This document shows, piece by piece, positions 49,788-59,286 of a stretch of 64,000 bases of DNA. A model generated the notes under the pieces. The model was not told where the DNA came from and searched no databases. It saw nothing but the letters and a program-made list of their open reading frames with translations. This DNA comes from Deferrisomatales bacterium (GTDB lineage: Bacteria > Desulfobacterota > Deferrisomatia > Deferrisomatales > JACRMM01), in the NCBI GenBank assembly GCA_033551855.1, contig JAWSUI010000007.1, positions 33,553-97,552 of the forward strand. The letters run 5' to 3'. The stretch's first letter is position 1. The number at the start of each line of letters is the position of its first letter. Made by a program: the position numbers and the translations under genes.

Positions 49788-51104
49788 GTGGCGTCTCGAG
49801 ACTCCTCTCCCCCCGAGTGCACCGCGCCGTATCCCCCCGGCCGCCTCGCGTGGACCGTCTGGGGGCTCGGTGCGGCCCTGTACCTGATCGGATTCTACCA
49901 GCGCGTGGCCCCGGCCGTGATGACCGCAGAGCTGACCCGGGATTTCGGCCTTTCGGGGGCCGCTCTGGGGAACCTGTCCGCGTTCTACTTCTACAGTTAC
50001 GTGGCGATGCAGGTGCCCACCGGCATCCTGGCGGACCGCTGGGGGCCGAGAAAACTGCTCGCGGCGGGCGCAGGCGTGGCGGCAGCCGGCAGCGCGGTCT
50101 TCGCCCTGGCGGGGACCCTCGCCGGTGCAGGGGCAGGCCGCCTGCTGGTCGGAGGCTCCGTGGCGGTCGCCTTTGTGGGCATGCTCAAGCTCGCCAGCCG
50201 GTGGTTCGCACCCCGGCAGTTCGCTCTGGCCACCGGGATGGCCCTGTTCTGCGGGATCATCGGGGCCGTGTTCGCCGGGGTGCCTCTGCGGCTGCTGGTC
50301 GCTGCTCTCGGGTGGCGCCCCGTCATGCTCGTCTCGGCCCTCTTCGCCTTCGGGGTGGCCGCCGCCATCTGGCTCGTCGTGCGCGATGACCCCGCCGAGC
50401 GGGGGTATCGCAGCCATGCGCACCCGGGCGCCGACGATGCACAGCGGCGGCCCCACGGCATCTTTTCCGGTATCCGCGAGGTCTTCCGCTTCCGGAACAC
50501 CTGGCTGCTCACCCTGGCCCCCGGGGGTGTGGTGGGCTGCGTCCTCACCTTCTCCGGGCTGTGGGGCATCCCGTTTCTGACGAGCCACTACGGCCTGAGC
50601 CCCACCCACGCGGCAGCGCTCACCTCCGCCCTCCTGGTGGCGTGGGCCGTGGGCGGCCCCCTGTTCGGCTTCGCGTCCGACCACTGGGGTCGGCGGAAAC
50701 CCCTGTATGTCCTGGGCTGCGCCCTGGTAACTGCCTCCTGGGGGCTGATCGTGCTGGTCCCGAACCTGCCTCTTCCCCTGCTCACGGGGGCGCTCCTCGT
50801 GGCCGGCCTGGCCTCCGGGGGCATGATCATCGGTTTCGCCTTCGCCAAGGAGTCGGTACCGTCGCCCCTGGCCGGGACGGTCTCCGGGGTGGTCAACATG
50901 GGAGTGATGACGGGCCCCATGATCCTCCAACCCGCCGTGGGCTGGGTCTTGGACCGCCTCTGGGACGGCACCCTCGCCGGCGGCCTCCGGGTCTACCCCT
51001 GGCCCGCCTACCGCGCGGGCTTCTCCCTGATGCTCGGATGGGCGGCGCTCGCCCTGCTCCTCGTGCTACTCACCCGCGAAACCCACTGCCGGCAACGGGC
51101 CTAG
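49788..51104 (+). CDS. MFS transporter
   Basis: Motif A GILADRWGPRK and GFASDHWGRRK, about 12 TM helices; start at GTG 49788 or ATG 49764. Confidence 0.92.
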   Translation: MASRDSSPPECTAPYPPGRLAWTVWGLGAALYLIGFYQRVAPAVMTAELTRDFGLSGAALGNLSAFYFYSYVAMQVPTGILADRWGPRKLLAAGAGVAAAGSAVFALAGTLAGAGAGRLLVGGSVAVAFVGMLKLASRWFAPRQFALATGMALFCGIIGAVFAGVPLRLLVAALGWRPVMLVSALFAFGVAAAIWLVVRDDPAERGYRSHAHPGADDAQRRPHGIFSGIREVFRFRNTWLLTLAPGGVVGCVLTFSGLWGIPFLTSHYGLSPTHAAALTSALLVAWAVGGPLFGFASDHWGRRKPLYVLGCALVTASWGLIVLVPNLPLPLLTGALLVAGLASGGMIIGFAFAKESVPSPLAGTVSGVVNMGVMTGPMILQPAVGWVLDRLWDGTLAGGLRVYPWPAYRAGFSLMLGWAALALLLVLLTRETHCRQRA

Positions 51105-51257
51105 TACGACAACGAGCGATCGGGTCTCCGCGTGCGTTCGGCCCGAAACCTTCCCTCCGGCGGACAGGATCCCGGCGCGCAGTCCAGCTCGCGAGACGGT
51201 TTCGAGCGGCCCTACGGCCCCTCCGTGCGCCCAGAGCATCGTGCCAAGGCCGCCTGC

Positions 51258-51635
51258 TCACCCGGCGAGTCGGGTGAGCAGGACCGTGCCCAGGACCAGG
51301 GCGACCACGCCCCAGAGCCGCAGGGTCCTCTCCTCCGGCTCCCGGAGCCACAGGGCAGCGATCGCGGCCGCCCGTTCCGGGGAGATTCGGACCAGGTAGA
51401 CCCCCTTGGCCAGGGCGGCGGCCCCGATGAGGAAGGACCACCAGAAGAGCCGATCCAGGGTGAACGCGCCGAGAACGAGGAAGACGCCCAGGACCAGGGG
51501 GATCAGCGCGATCCCCTTGAGGCGGGCCGGGTCGAGGAGCCTGGCCGCCGCGTCCCGGGTCGGCGCCGTGTTGAGGATCAGGGACGCGCCGGCCGCAATC
51601 CAGAACAGGGCGACGAGGAGCAAGAGTACGCGCAT
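51258..51635 (-). CDS. Small four-TM hypothetical membrane protein
   Basis: Four hydrophobic segments; RBS GGAGGAGG. Confidence 0.75.
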   Translation of the reverse strand: MRVLLLLVALFWIAAGASLILNTAPTRDAAARLLDPARLKGIALIPLVLGVFLVLGAFTLDRLFWWSFLIGAAALAKGVYLVRISPERAAAIAALWLREPEERTLRLWGVVALVLGTVLLTRLAG

Positions 51636-51744
51636 GGGAACCTCCTCCCGTAGCTGGGATCCATGGGGCTGAGAACGGGCTCTGCCAAAGCGCCCGGGGT
51701 CCCGCCCAGCCTACCAGTTCCGCCCGAAACGTCACGGGCGGTGC

Positions 51745-51856
51745 GCACGGCGCGAGCGAGCGAACGACCAAACATAGCAGGCAGATGGGCGAGGCGTGAG
51801 CGAGTGCGCGACGATGCAATCCGGTCGCGCAGCAGATAGTTTCACAGGTAGGCTCT
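51745..51856. repeat. Degenerate intergenic repeat, family C, copy 2
   Basis: Colinear blocks shared with 18105-18200; flanked by a short inverted repeat AGCCTACC/GGTAGGCT. Confidence 0.6.
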
Positions 51857-52086
51857 GAGCCGGCCCCCGGATCCTCGGCCGCCGCGCCGCGGGGTGCGGC
51901 CCCCGGGGTCCGGCACCGGAACCCCCCAAAGCGCCCTCCGACCTTCGTGCCGGCAGGTTCGCGCCGCGAGAACCTGTTGCCAGTGGGAGCGGTCTCCCGG
52001 CCGCCACACCGGCCGCAGGCTGCCGCGCCTACCTCCCCAATCGCCTCGCCCCCTCCCCCGCCGCGGCGGCCCGAGGGCCGGCCTCC

Positions 52087-53115
52087 TCAGAAGTGCGGCC
52101 GCAGCAGGTCCGCGATCTCCTCCGGGAAGGCCATGCACAGGGTCTCGTTGTAGAGGTTCCGGAGTGCCCCCACGTCGGTCGTCCCGAGGGCCTGGTTGAA
52201 GAACGTCCGGGGCGAGAAGAGGAGGTGGACGCGGCTGTGGTCGTCGCCGGAGGCCCCGGTGAAGAGGTTCACGTTGAAGCTGTAGATCCCCATGGCATCG
52301 TAGGCTGCCATGGCGCGGACCAGGCCCGACGCCAAGTCGGCCAGGTCCCCCTCGGAGAGGTCGAGAGTGGCTCGGGTCCCCTCCACCACGCCGAGCACGT
52401 CGCCCGCCACCCCCATGGGGGCGAAGGGCACGAGCCAGTCGGTGCTGCCGATGCGCCCCAGGTATCGCCGGCCGTCCTCTCTCTCGGCCGCCACCAGGTC
52501 GTCCCAGTAGTTCGTACCCGTGCGGTCCCGATAGACCCGGGCGGCCTCCAGTTCCGCCCGCATGAGGTTCGGGGCGTTGGAGCTCGCGAAGACCTGGAGG
52601 TGGGAGTGAATCAGGGAGCTCCCCGCGGGCGGCATGTGGTTCCAGTTGACGACGTGATAGACGGACTCGGGGTGCTTCACGGCCTGCAGCGCCCGGAAGA
52701 ACCGCATCGCGAGGCCGAAGGCGCGGGCGATCCGCTCCGGTTCGATCTCGGTCATCGGAAAGAAGTGCCGGCCGCCCAGGGTGGCCACCGCGCTGAGCGC
52801 ATCGTACGGCGCCATGTTGGGGAACAGGACCATGTCGTCCTCCCGGAGGCGCCCCTCGGGGAGAATCTCCGGCGGGAAGGACGGGGTCACGCTCAGCACC
52901 CGCTCCGGACAGAAGGGGCACCAGGACTCCGTGCCGGCCACCAGCTTCTCGAAGTCGGGCTTCTGCCACTGGAGCTTCATGAAGTGACAGATCCGGGCGG
53001 TCCGCCCGGTCAGCGGGTCTTCCCGGATCTCGCTGGGGATGGCCCGGCGGGAGCCGTCCTTCGGGTCGAGGAGCACCGTCTCCTTGCGGAGCGCCACATT
53101 GTCGATCCGTGCCAT
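52087..53115 (-). CDS. GalT-like (HIT superfamily) nucleotidyltransferase
   Basis: EIREDPLTG, CPFC, FPN.APY, AGSSLIHSHLQ. Confidence 0.8.
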   Translation of the reverse strand: MARIDNVALRKETVLLDPKDGSRRAIPSEIREDPLTGRTARICHFMKLQWQKPDFEKLVAGTESWCPFCPERVLSVTPSFPPEILPEGRLREDDMVLFPNMAPYDALSAVATLGGRHFFPMTEIEPERIARAFGLAMRFFRALQAVKHPESVYHVVNWNHMPPAGSSLIHSHLQVFASSNAPNLMRAELEAARVYRDRTGTNYWDDLVAAEREDGRRYLGRIGSTDWLVPFAPMGVAGDVLGVVEGTRATLDLSEGDLADLASGLVRAMAAYDAMGIYSFNVNLFTGASGDDHSRVHLLFSPRTFFNQALGTTDVGALRNLYNETLCMAFPEEIADLLRPHF

Positions 53116-53379
53116 GTCTTGGTCCCTCCTCTGCTGGAATCGCGTCGGCGCCCAAAGCTAGCAAGGCCCGCCCCGGGGTGCAAGCGGGCGGACCCCGGGC
53201 CGGAGCTGCCCGCCGTGTCGAGGAGATCCGGCCGCAGCACTGGGTCCCTCGCACCCCGGAGCCGCCGGCGGATGCCTCCGGGGTGCTCCGGAATCCACCT
53301 CCACGTTGTGGTGGGGAACGGAGGGGCTCCCCGACCCCGAGCACGGGCCAGGTGGCGGGTCCGGGGCGCTGCCCCGCGC

Positions 53380-53409
53380 TTGCACCCGCACCGGGCGGCG
53401 CGCTATGAT
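53380..53409 (+). promoter_or_regulatory. Putative sigma70 promoter of ilvE
   Basis: TTGCAC-N18-TATGAT. Confidence 0.5.
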
Positions 53410-53450
53410 TTTCGCCCCCAAACCCTGTTTCTTCTCTAGAGTCCGCGAGG

Positions 53451-54479
53451 ATGCCGATGGAGCGCGCCAGTCTCGACTTCGCCCACCTGCCGTTTGCCTA
53501 TCACAAGACCGATGCCAACATCCGGTATCGGTGCAGCGACGGCGTCTGGGGGCCCGGCGAGCTCACCTCGGACGAGACCCTGACGCTCCACATGGCGGCC
53601 ACCTGTCTGCACTACGGCCAGGAGATCTTCGAAGGCCTCAAGGTCTTCGAGCGGCCCGACGGCAGGCTCCAGACCTTCCGGCTCGAGGAGAATGCCCGCC
53701 GCTTCCAGCGGTCGGCACGGAAGCTCCTGATGGAGCCCGTGCCGGAGGACCTCTTTCGGGAGGCCGTGCACCGGGTGGTGCTGGCGAACCGGCGCTTCGT
53801 GCCCCCTTACGGGAGCGGCGCGAGCCTCTACGTGCGCCCCCTGCTCCTCGGGTCGGGGGCGGAGGTCGGGGTGAAGCCGAGCAGCGAGTACCTGTTCCTC
53901 GTCTTCGTGACCCCGGTCGGCCCCTACTACAAGGCCGGCTTCACCCCGGTCCGGCTGATCGTCGAGGAAGAGATCGACCGGGCCGCGCCCGGCGGGGTCG
54001 GCGACATCAAGTGCGGGGGAAACTACGCCGCGGGCCTGCGGGCCACCATGGGGGCCAAGGAGAAGGGCTACTCGGAGGTCCTGTACCTGGACTGCCGGGA
54101 GAAGAAGTACATCGACGAATCGGGCTCCTCGAACTTCTTCGCCATCATCGGCAAGCGCTACGTGACCCCCACCAGTCCCTCGATCCTGCCCAGCATCACC
54201 AACATGAGCGTACGCCAGTTGGCCCGGGACCTGGGCCTCGCCGTGGAGGAGCGCCCCGTCTCGGTGGACGAGCTCGGCAGCGTGGACGAGGCGGGGTGCC
54301 TGGGCACCGCGGCCGTCATCACCCCGGTGGAGGCCGTCACCTACCGGGGCCGGGACTTCGTGTACGCGAAGGACGGGAACGCCGGGCCCCTCACCCAGGA
54401 GCTCTACCGGCGCCTCACCGCCATCCAGCTCGGGGAGGCCCCCGACCCCTACGGCTGGACCGAGGTCATCCCGGAATGA
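53451..54479 (+). CDS. ilvE: Branched-chain amino acid aminotransferase
   Basis: LHYGQEIFEGLK, YVRP, KCGGNYA (PLP lysine), ILPSIT, GTAAVITP. Confidence 0.95.
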   Translation: MPMERASLDFAHLPFAYHKTDANIRYRCSDGVWGPGELTSDETLTLHMAATCLHYGQEIFEGLKVFERPDGRLQTFRLEENARRFQRSARKLLMEPVPEDLFREAVHRVVLANRRFVPPYGSGASLYVRPLLLGSGAEVGVKPSSEYLFLVFVTPVGPYYKAGFTPVRLIVEEEIDRAAPGGVGDIKCGGNYAAGLRATMGAKEKGYSEVLYLDCREKKYIDESGSSNFFAIIGKRYVTPTSPSILPSITNMSVRQLARDLGLAVEERPVSVDELGSVDEAGCLGTAAVITPVEAVTYRGRDFVYAKDGNAGPLTQELYRRLTAIQLGEAPDPYGWTEVIPE

Positions 54480-54802
54480 GCTCTCCGCACGCCGCCTTCG
54501 CCGGGGAAAACAGCGTCCGAATCGAGGTTCGGGACGAGACAGCCACCTACGCCTACGCGGACCTCTTCCACGTGAAGCTCCGGGTATCGGCCTGGATACC
54601 GGGCGAGGACGAGCCCTACGTGCGAAACCTCGAGCGCGCAGGGGTCCGGGCGCCCGACCTGGAGGTCATCCGTGCCCGCCTGCTCGCAGACTTCGAACGC
54701 CACGCCCTTCCCTACCTCCTCCGCCCCGACTTTCCCAGGCGCTGGGTGGAGCACCGGTCCCGTGCCCGGACGCGGGTGATCCCCTTCCCCGGCGCCTCGT
54801 GA
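54476..54802 (+). CDS. Hypothetical protein (108 aa)
   Basis: ATGA overlap with ilvE; protein-like composition. Confidence 0.7.
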   Translation: MSSPHAAFAGENSVRIEVRDETATYAYADLFHVKLRVSAWIPGEDEPYVRNLERAGVRAPDLEVIRARLLADFERHALPYLLRPDFPRRWVEHRSRARTRVIPFPGAS

Positions 54803-54812
54803 GATATTCCCG

Positions 54813-55097
54813 ATGACCTGCGTCCGCTGCGGCCGCCGCCTCCCCCCGGGCCCCTACGGCAGGCGCGACACCTGCCCCGGCTGCGGTGCGGACCTCCACG
54901 CCTGCGTCCAGTGCACCTTCTACGCCCCCGGGCACTACAACAACTGCCGAGAGCCCCAGGCCGAACGGGTACTCGACCCGGAGAAGGCGAACTTCTGCGA
55001 CTACTTCCGGCCCACCGGCGCCGCTGCCGGGCCTGCGGCCGTCGATCCCAAGGCCGAAGCCAAGGCCCGCCTCGACGCCCTCTTCAAGGGATCGTGA
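54813..55097 (+). CDS. Small Cys-rich putative zinc-binding protein
   Basis: CVRC, CPGC, CVQC plus two further Cys (NNC, ANFCDYF). Confidence 0.8.
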   Translation: MTCVRCGRRLPPGPYGRRDTCPGCGADLHACVQCTFYAPGHYNNCREPQAERVLDPEKANFCDYFRPTGAAAGPAAVDPKAEAKARLDALFKGS

Positions 55098-55125
55098 GGA
55101 ACCGCCACCGACGGGGGCCCCGCCC

Positions 55126-55461
55126 GTGACCTGGCTTCGCCGGCTCCTGCGCGCCGCCTGGCCGGACGCGGTGCCCGAGGTGGACCTCCACGGCCTGCGG
55201 GTCCCGGAGGCCCTCGCCGCCGTGCGGGCATCGCTGGACGCCGCGGAGCGGGCAGGCGTCGCGCGCCTGCGGATCGTCTGCGGCAAGGGGAAGGGGAGCC
55301 GGGGGGGAGAGGGGGTGCTGCGGGTGGCCGTGGCGGGCTGGCTGGAGGCCAACGGCTATGAGGGCAGCTTCCGGCGGGAGATGGACCGGGACGGCCGCGA
55401 CGGGGCGCTCGTGGTGCACCTCGGCCGGCCGCCGCGGCCGGGCGGAGAACGACCAGGCTGA
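55126..55461 (+). CDS. Stand-alone Smr/MutS2 domain protein
   Basis: EVDLHGL, RIVCGKGKGS, GVLR, DGALVVHL. Confidence 0.85.
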   Translation: MTWLRRLLRAAWPDAVPEVDLHGLRVPEALAAVRASLDAAERAGVARLRIVCGKGKGSRGGEGVLRVAVAGWLEANGYEGSFRREMDRDGRDGALVVHLGRPPRPGGERPG

Positions 55462-55767
55462 ACGCGCTGAAAAGCTCGCCTTTTCAGCGGCTGTCCCAGC
55501 CGTGTGTTCGGACCATGCGACCCTCCCCGTGATGACAGTTGCCGATGATGATGGCATCACCCCCCCTGGAGCCTCTCCGAGGTCGGGCGTGGCGGCCTCC
55601 GGCGTGAGGTACCACCGCGCGCAACTTGCGCGTCGTGTAACTTACATCCCACGTGAGCTGCCTGCGTCGGCATGGAAACCTTCGCCAACCGCCTGAAGGA
55701 GCTGGAGTCCCCCGTCCTGGCCGAGCGGACAGCCATGGCGGGAATCCGGCGGCCCGGAAATCCTGGG

Positions 55768-55796
55768 TTGACATGGACACCCCCATTCGCTAAGGT
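55768..55796 (+). promoter_or_regulatory. sigma70 promoter of tRNA-Lys
   Basis: TTGACA-N17-TAAGGT. Confidence 0.7.
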
Positions 55797-55819
55797 TCCG
55801 CACCTTCCAACCGTCTCGT

Positions 55820-55895
<76 letters not shown>

Positions 55896-55939
55896 AAGAA
55901 ATCAAGGGGTTAGGCGAATGTGCCTGACCCCTTTTTCTT
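55896..55939 (+). terminator. Intrinsic terminator after tRNA-Lys
   Basis: AAGGGGTTAGGC-loop-GCCTGACCCCTT followed by a T-rich tail. Confidence 0.75.
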
Positions 55940-55975
55940 CGTGTCAACCGGGAGGGACCGCTGCCGGCCGCCGCC

Positions 55976-56605
55976 TCAGAACCCGTACCCGGCGGTCTTC
56001 ACGTCCACGACCCGCCCGTTCTCTAGGGTGAAGACGTACAAGAGCCGATGGGGCCCGAAGTTGTACGTCCACTCCTCCACCGCCACGGCGGCCCGGCGCT
56101 CGACGAGGCGCCTCCCGGCCCTGTCCACGGTGGTGCGCCCTCTCTCCTCGTGGCGCACGTCGATGGAAGCCGGCTGCCCGCAGTAGCGGAGCAACTCCGG
56201 TTTGCTCCTGCCCCTGGCGAGGCTCTCCGCCCAGCACGCCGTGCCGGGCTCCGGGACCGGCCCTTCGGTGTAGCCGTACCCCCCGGTGCGGACGTCGGTC
56301 AGCCTGCCGTCCTGAAAGGTCAGGAAGTACAGGAGTCGAGAGGGGCCAAAGTTGTAGACCCATTCCTCCACGGTGGAGACCACCCGCCTCTCGTCCAGGA
56401 GGGCGCGGTCCGGGGTGTCGAGAAAGTGCCGCTCCGCGGTCTCGACCAGGCGCTCCTCCCTCCAGGAAGGCTCGCCGCACTTCCCCAGCACCTCGATCCT
56501 GCGGTCCCCCGTGCTGACGATCCGCCCCGCGCAGGTGAGCCCCCAGGAGGTTCCGGGGAGCCCCGTCGCCGCAACCACCGCCAGGAGCCATGCGATCCGG
56601 TTCAT
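55976..56605 (-). CDS. Exported protein with two DUF2845-like repeats
   Basis: Signal peptide; repeated unit CG[EQ]P...VEEWxYNFGP.R.LY..T...GR..DV.T.GYG. Confidence 0.8.
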   Translation of the reverse strand: MNRIAWLLAVVAATGLPGTSWGLTCAGRIVSTGDRRIEVLGKCGEPSWREERLVETAERHFLDTPDRALLDERRVVSTVEEWVYNFGPSRLLYFLTFQDGRLTDVRTGGYGYTEGPVPEPGTACWAESLARGRSKPELLRYCGQPASIDVRHEERGRTTVDRAGRRLVERRAAVAVEEWTYNFGPHRLLYVFTLENGRVVDVKTAGYGF

Positions 56606-56899
56606 CGAGAAGCCTCGGTTTGGTTCCGCGGTGTCGGGGCATGCGCCCGCCGCAGTTCGGCAACGTCGGTCCGTTTCATTCGGAGCGTCGCACAATCTCT
56701 CACAGGTTTTCATCCGCATCCTGCGACAGGCGAAAGACATTCCGGGGCCTACCGACTCTGAGGAAGCCCCTCGGAACGACTGTAGCATACCGCGTCCCGA
56801 CGCCGACTGGAGGACCGCAGGGGGCCCGGCCCCGCGTTCGCCCCGGAAGCCGCCCACTTTCGGATCATCCGGGAAATGACCGGGTACTCGTGTCCAGGG

Positions 56900-57056
56900 A
56901 CGATCGGGTGGGCCTGACCACGTAGGCGGACGGCCGCTCGACGTGAGCAGCCGCTTCGGGAGTCGCGATGTCGCGAGGATTCCGGACGCGGCGGGGGAGA
57001 ACACCTACCGTGCAGTCCGGCCTCGTCTGCCGGAGTGGGCGGGCCCACCCGGTCGT
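56900..57056. repeat. 157-bp fold-back intergenic element, family B, copy 2
   Basis: Terminal inverted repeat ACGATCGGGTGGGCC/GGCCCACCCGGTCGT; ungapped similarity to 49600-49756. Confidence 0.8.
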
Positions 57057-57131
57057 TTACCGGGAAACCCCACTTTCGTCTTCCCAGGACGACATCCGAT
57101 GTTGTAGGCTGCGCAGTTCGTCTGGACCCGT

Positions 57132-57216
57132 GCGAGAGTGGCGGAACTGGCAGACGCACTGGACTTAGGATCCAGCGGGTAACTCCGTGGGGGTTCGAGT
57201 CCCCCCTCTCGCACCA
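57132..57216 (+). tRNA. tRNA-Leu (TAG)
   Basis: 85 nt, long variable arm, CTGGA-CTTAGGA-TCCAG, encoded CCA. Confidence 0.96.
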
Positions 57217-57349
57217 ACACCACACCCGCGGGGCGGCCGGCGGCCGCGCCGCTGCCCGCCGACACCAACCACCGCAGACCACCGGTTCCACCAGGGTGCC
57301 CGCCGCGAGCCGGCGCTCCCCTGCCGCCCGACGAAGAGGAGAGACGCCC

Positions 57350-58666
57350 ATGAAGGCCAGCGTCGAGTCCATCAGCCCGGTCAAGACCAAGCTCACCGTG
57401 GAGCTGACGCCGGAGGAGGTCTCCCAGGAAGAGGGGGTCCTGTTCCGTGACCTGCAGCGCAGCACCACCGTGCCGGGGTTCCGCAAGGGGAAGGCGCCCC
57501 TGCACGTCCTCAAGCGCCTGTACGGCGACCGGGTCCGCTCCGACGTGTTCGGCCGCCTGATCGAGAAGAGCTACGGCGATGCGCTTCGGGAGCAAGGCAT
57601 CGCGGCCGTCTCGGAAGCCGACATCCAGCTCGCCGAGGCGTCGGCCGAAAAGGGAATCTCCTACACTGCGGTGCTGGAGGTCCGGCCCAAGGTCAAGGCC
57701 CGCGGCTACACGGGGCTGACCCTGCCGAAGGAGAAAGTCACCGTGGCCGAGCCCGAGATCGACGCTCGCCTAGACAGTCTGCGCTCCCAGCGGGGCACCT
57801 TCGAGCCGGCTCCCGAGGGCCACACCGCAGCCGGCGGGGACATGGTGGTCATGGACTACGAAGGCCGCGTCGACGGGGAGCTCTTCGAAGGGGGGGCGGG
57901 GCAGGACCGCACGGTCGTCCTGGGTTCCGGGGTCCTGATCCCGGGCTTCGAGGAGGGGATCCTGGGTGCGGCGGCGGGGGAGGAGCGCACCGTGGAGGTG
58001 CAGTTCCCCGAGGACTACCCCAAGAAGGAGCTGGCGGGCAAACCGGCGTCGTTCCGGATCACGCTGAAGGACGTCAAGCTCCGGCGGTTGCCCGAGGTGG
58101 ACGAGGACTTCGCGCGGGAGGTCGCCGGGGTGGAGTCCGTGGAGCTCCTGCGGGCGCGCCTGCGGGAGGCCATCGAGGCGGAGAAGCAGAGCCGCGTCGA
58201 GCGCGTGTTCCGGGACCTGGTGAAGGACACCCTCCTCGAGGCGAACCCCTTCGAGGTCCCCGAGAGCATGGTCAGCGGCCAGCAGGCCTTCAGCCTCGAT
58301 CGCCTGCGGCAAGACCTCTCCCAGCGGGGCATGGACCCCCAGGCCCTGGGGATCGATCGGCCCGACGTGCAGGAGGTGCACCGTCGGGCGGCCGAGCGTT
58401 CGGTGCGCTGGGCCTTCCTTCTGCGGGCCATCGCCGAGGCGGAGGGCCTGGAGGTCACCGAAGACGACGTGGACGCACGCATCCGGGCGATCGCCGAGGA
58501 GGACGGCAGACCTTACTCCGTCGTCCGGGCTTTCTTCGACGAGGACGAACGCCTCGACAGCCTGCGAAGCCATCTCCTGGACGAGAAGGTGATTGCCCAC
58601 GTGGTGGCGGGCTCCACGGTGGAGGAGCGCGAAGAGCTCGGCACGGAGGAGGCGCCCCATGAGTAG
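57350..58666 (+). CDS. tig: Trigger factor
   Basis: [10 protein letters not shown] ribosome-binding motif, FKBP domain (IPGFEEG, FPEDY). Confidence 0.96.
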   Translation: MKASVESISPVKTKLTVELTPEEVSQEEGVLFRDLQRSTTVPGFRKGKAPLHVLKRLYGDRVRSDVFGRLIEKSYGDALREQGIAAVSEADIQLAEASAEKGISYTAVLEVRPKVKARGYTGLTLPKEKVTVAEPEIDARLDSLRSQRGTFEPAPEGHTAAGGDMVVMDYEGRVDGELFEGGAGQDRTVVLGSGVLIPGFEEGILGAAAGEERTVEVQFPEDYPKKELAGKPASFRITLKDVKLRRLPEVDEDFAREVAGVESVELLRARLREAIEAEKQSRVERVFRDLVKDTLLEANPFEVPESMVSGQQAFSLDRLRQDLSQRGMDPQALGIDRPDVQEVHRRAAERSVRWAFLLRAIAEAEGLEVTEDDVDARIRAIAEEDGRPYSVVRAFFDEDERLDSLRSHLLDEKVIAHVVAGSTVEEREELGTEEAPHE

Positions 58667-59264
58667 CCTGATCCCGTTCGTGGTCGAGAAGACCAGCCGC
58701 GGCGAGCGGTCCTACGACATCTACTCCCGGCTGCTCAAGGACCGGATCGTCTTCCTCGGCTCCGTCGTCGACGACGACGTGGCCAACGTGATCATTGCGC
58801 AGCTTCTCTTCCTCGAGTCGGAGGACCCGTCGGCCGACATCTACCTGTACGTGAACTCGCCCGGGGGGTTGGTCTCGGCCGGCCTTGCCATCTATGACAC
58901 CATGCAGTACGTTCGGCCCGATATCTGTACGATCTGCCTCGGCCAAGCGGCCAGCATGGGGGCCCTGCTGCTGGCGGCGGGTGCTCCGGGGAAGCGGTGG
59001 GCGCTGCCCCACTCCCGGATCATGATTCACCAGCCCCTCGGGGGATTTCAGGGCCAGGCGACCGACATCGAGATCCACGCCCGCGAGATCTTGCGGCTGC
59101 GCCGGGAGCTCAACGAGATTCTGGCTCGCCACACGGGCAAGGAAATCGACACGATCGCCGTGGACACCGAGCGGGACTTCTTTATGGATGGAGGGCAGGC
59201 TCTGGCGTATGGTATTCTCGATAAAGTAATCGAAAAACACCTGAGACCACAGGGCGGGGTGTGA
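58659..59264 (+). CDS. clpP: ATP-dependent Clp protease proteolytic subunit
   Basis: [33 protein letters not shown]. Confidence 0.98.
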   Translation: MSSLIPFVVEKTSRGERSYDIYSRLLKDRIVFLGSVVDDDVANVIIAQLLFLESEDPSADIYLYVNSPGGLVSAGLAIYDTMQYVRPDICTICLGQAASMGALLLAAGAPGKRWALPHSRIMIHQPLGGFQGQATDIEIHAREILRLRRELNEILARHTGKEIDTIAVDTERDFFMDGGQALAYGILDKVIEKHLRPQGGV

Positions 59265-59286
59265 GCCGCCCGGGAGATGCTGCCGG

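Noticed and set aside
56655..56760. GEMM-like fragments (AAACC, GTTGCCGAA) upstream of the DUF2845-like gene
   Set aside because: No paired hairpin with a GNRA loop and no AAAGC junction
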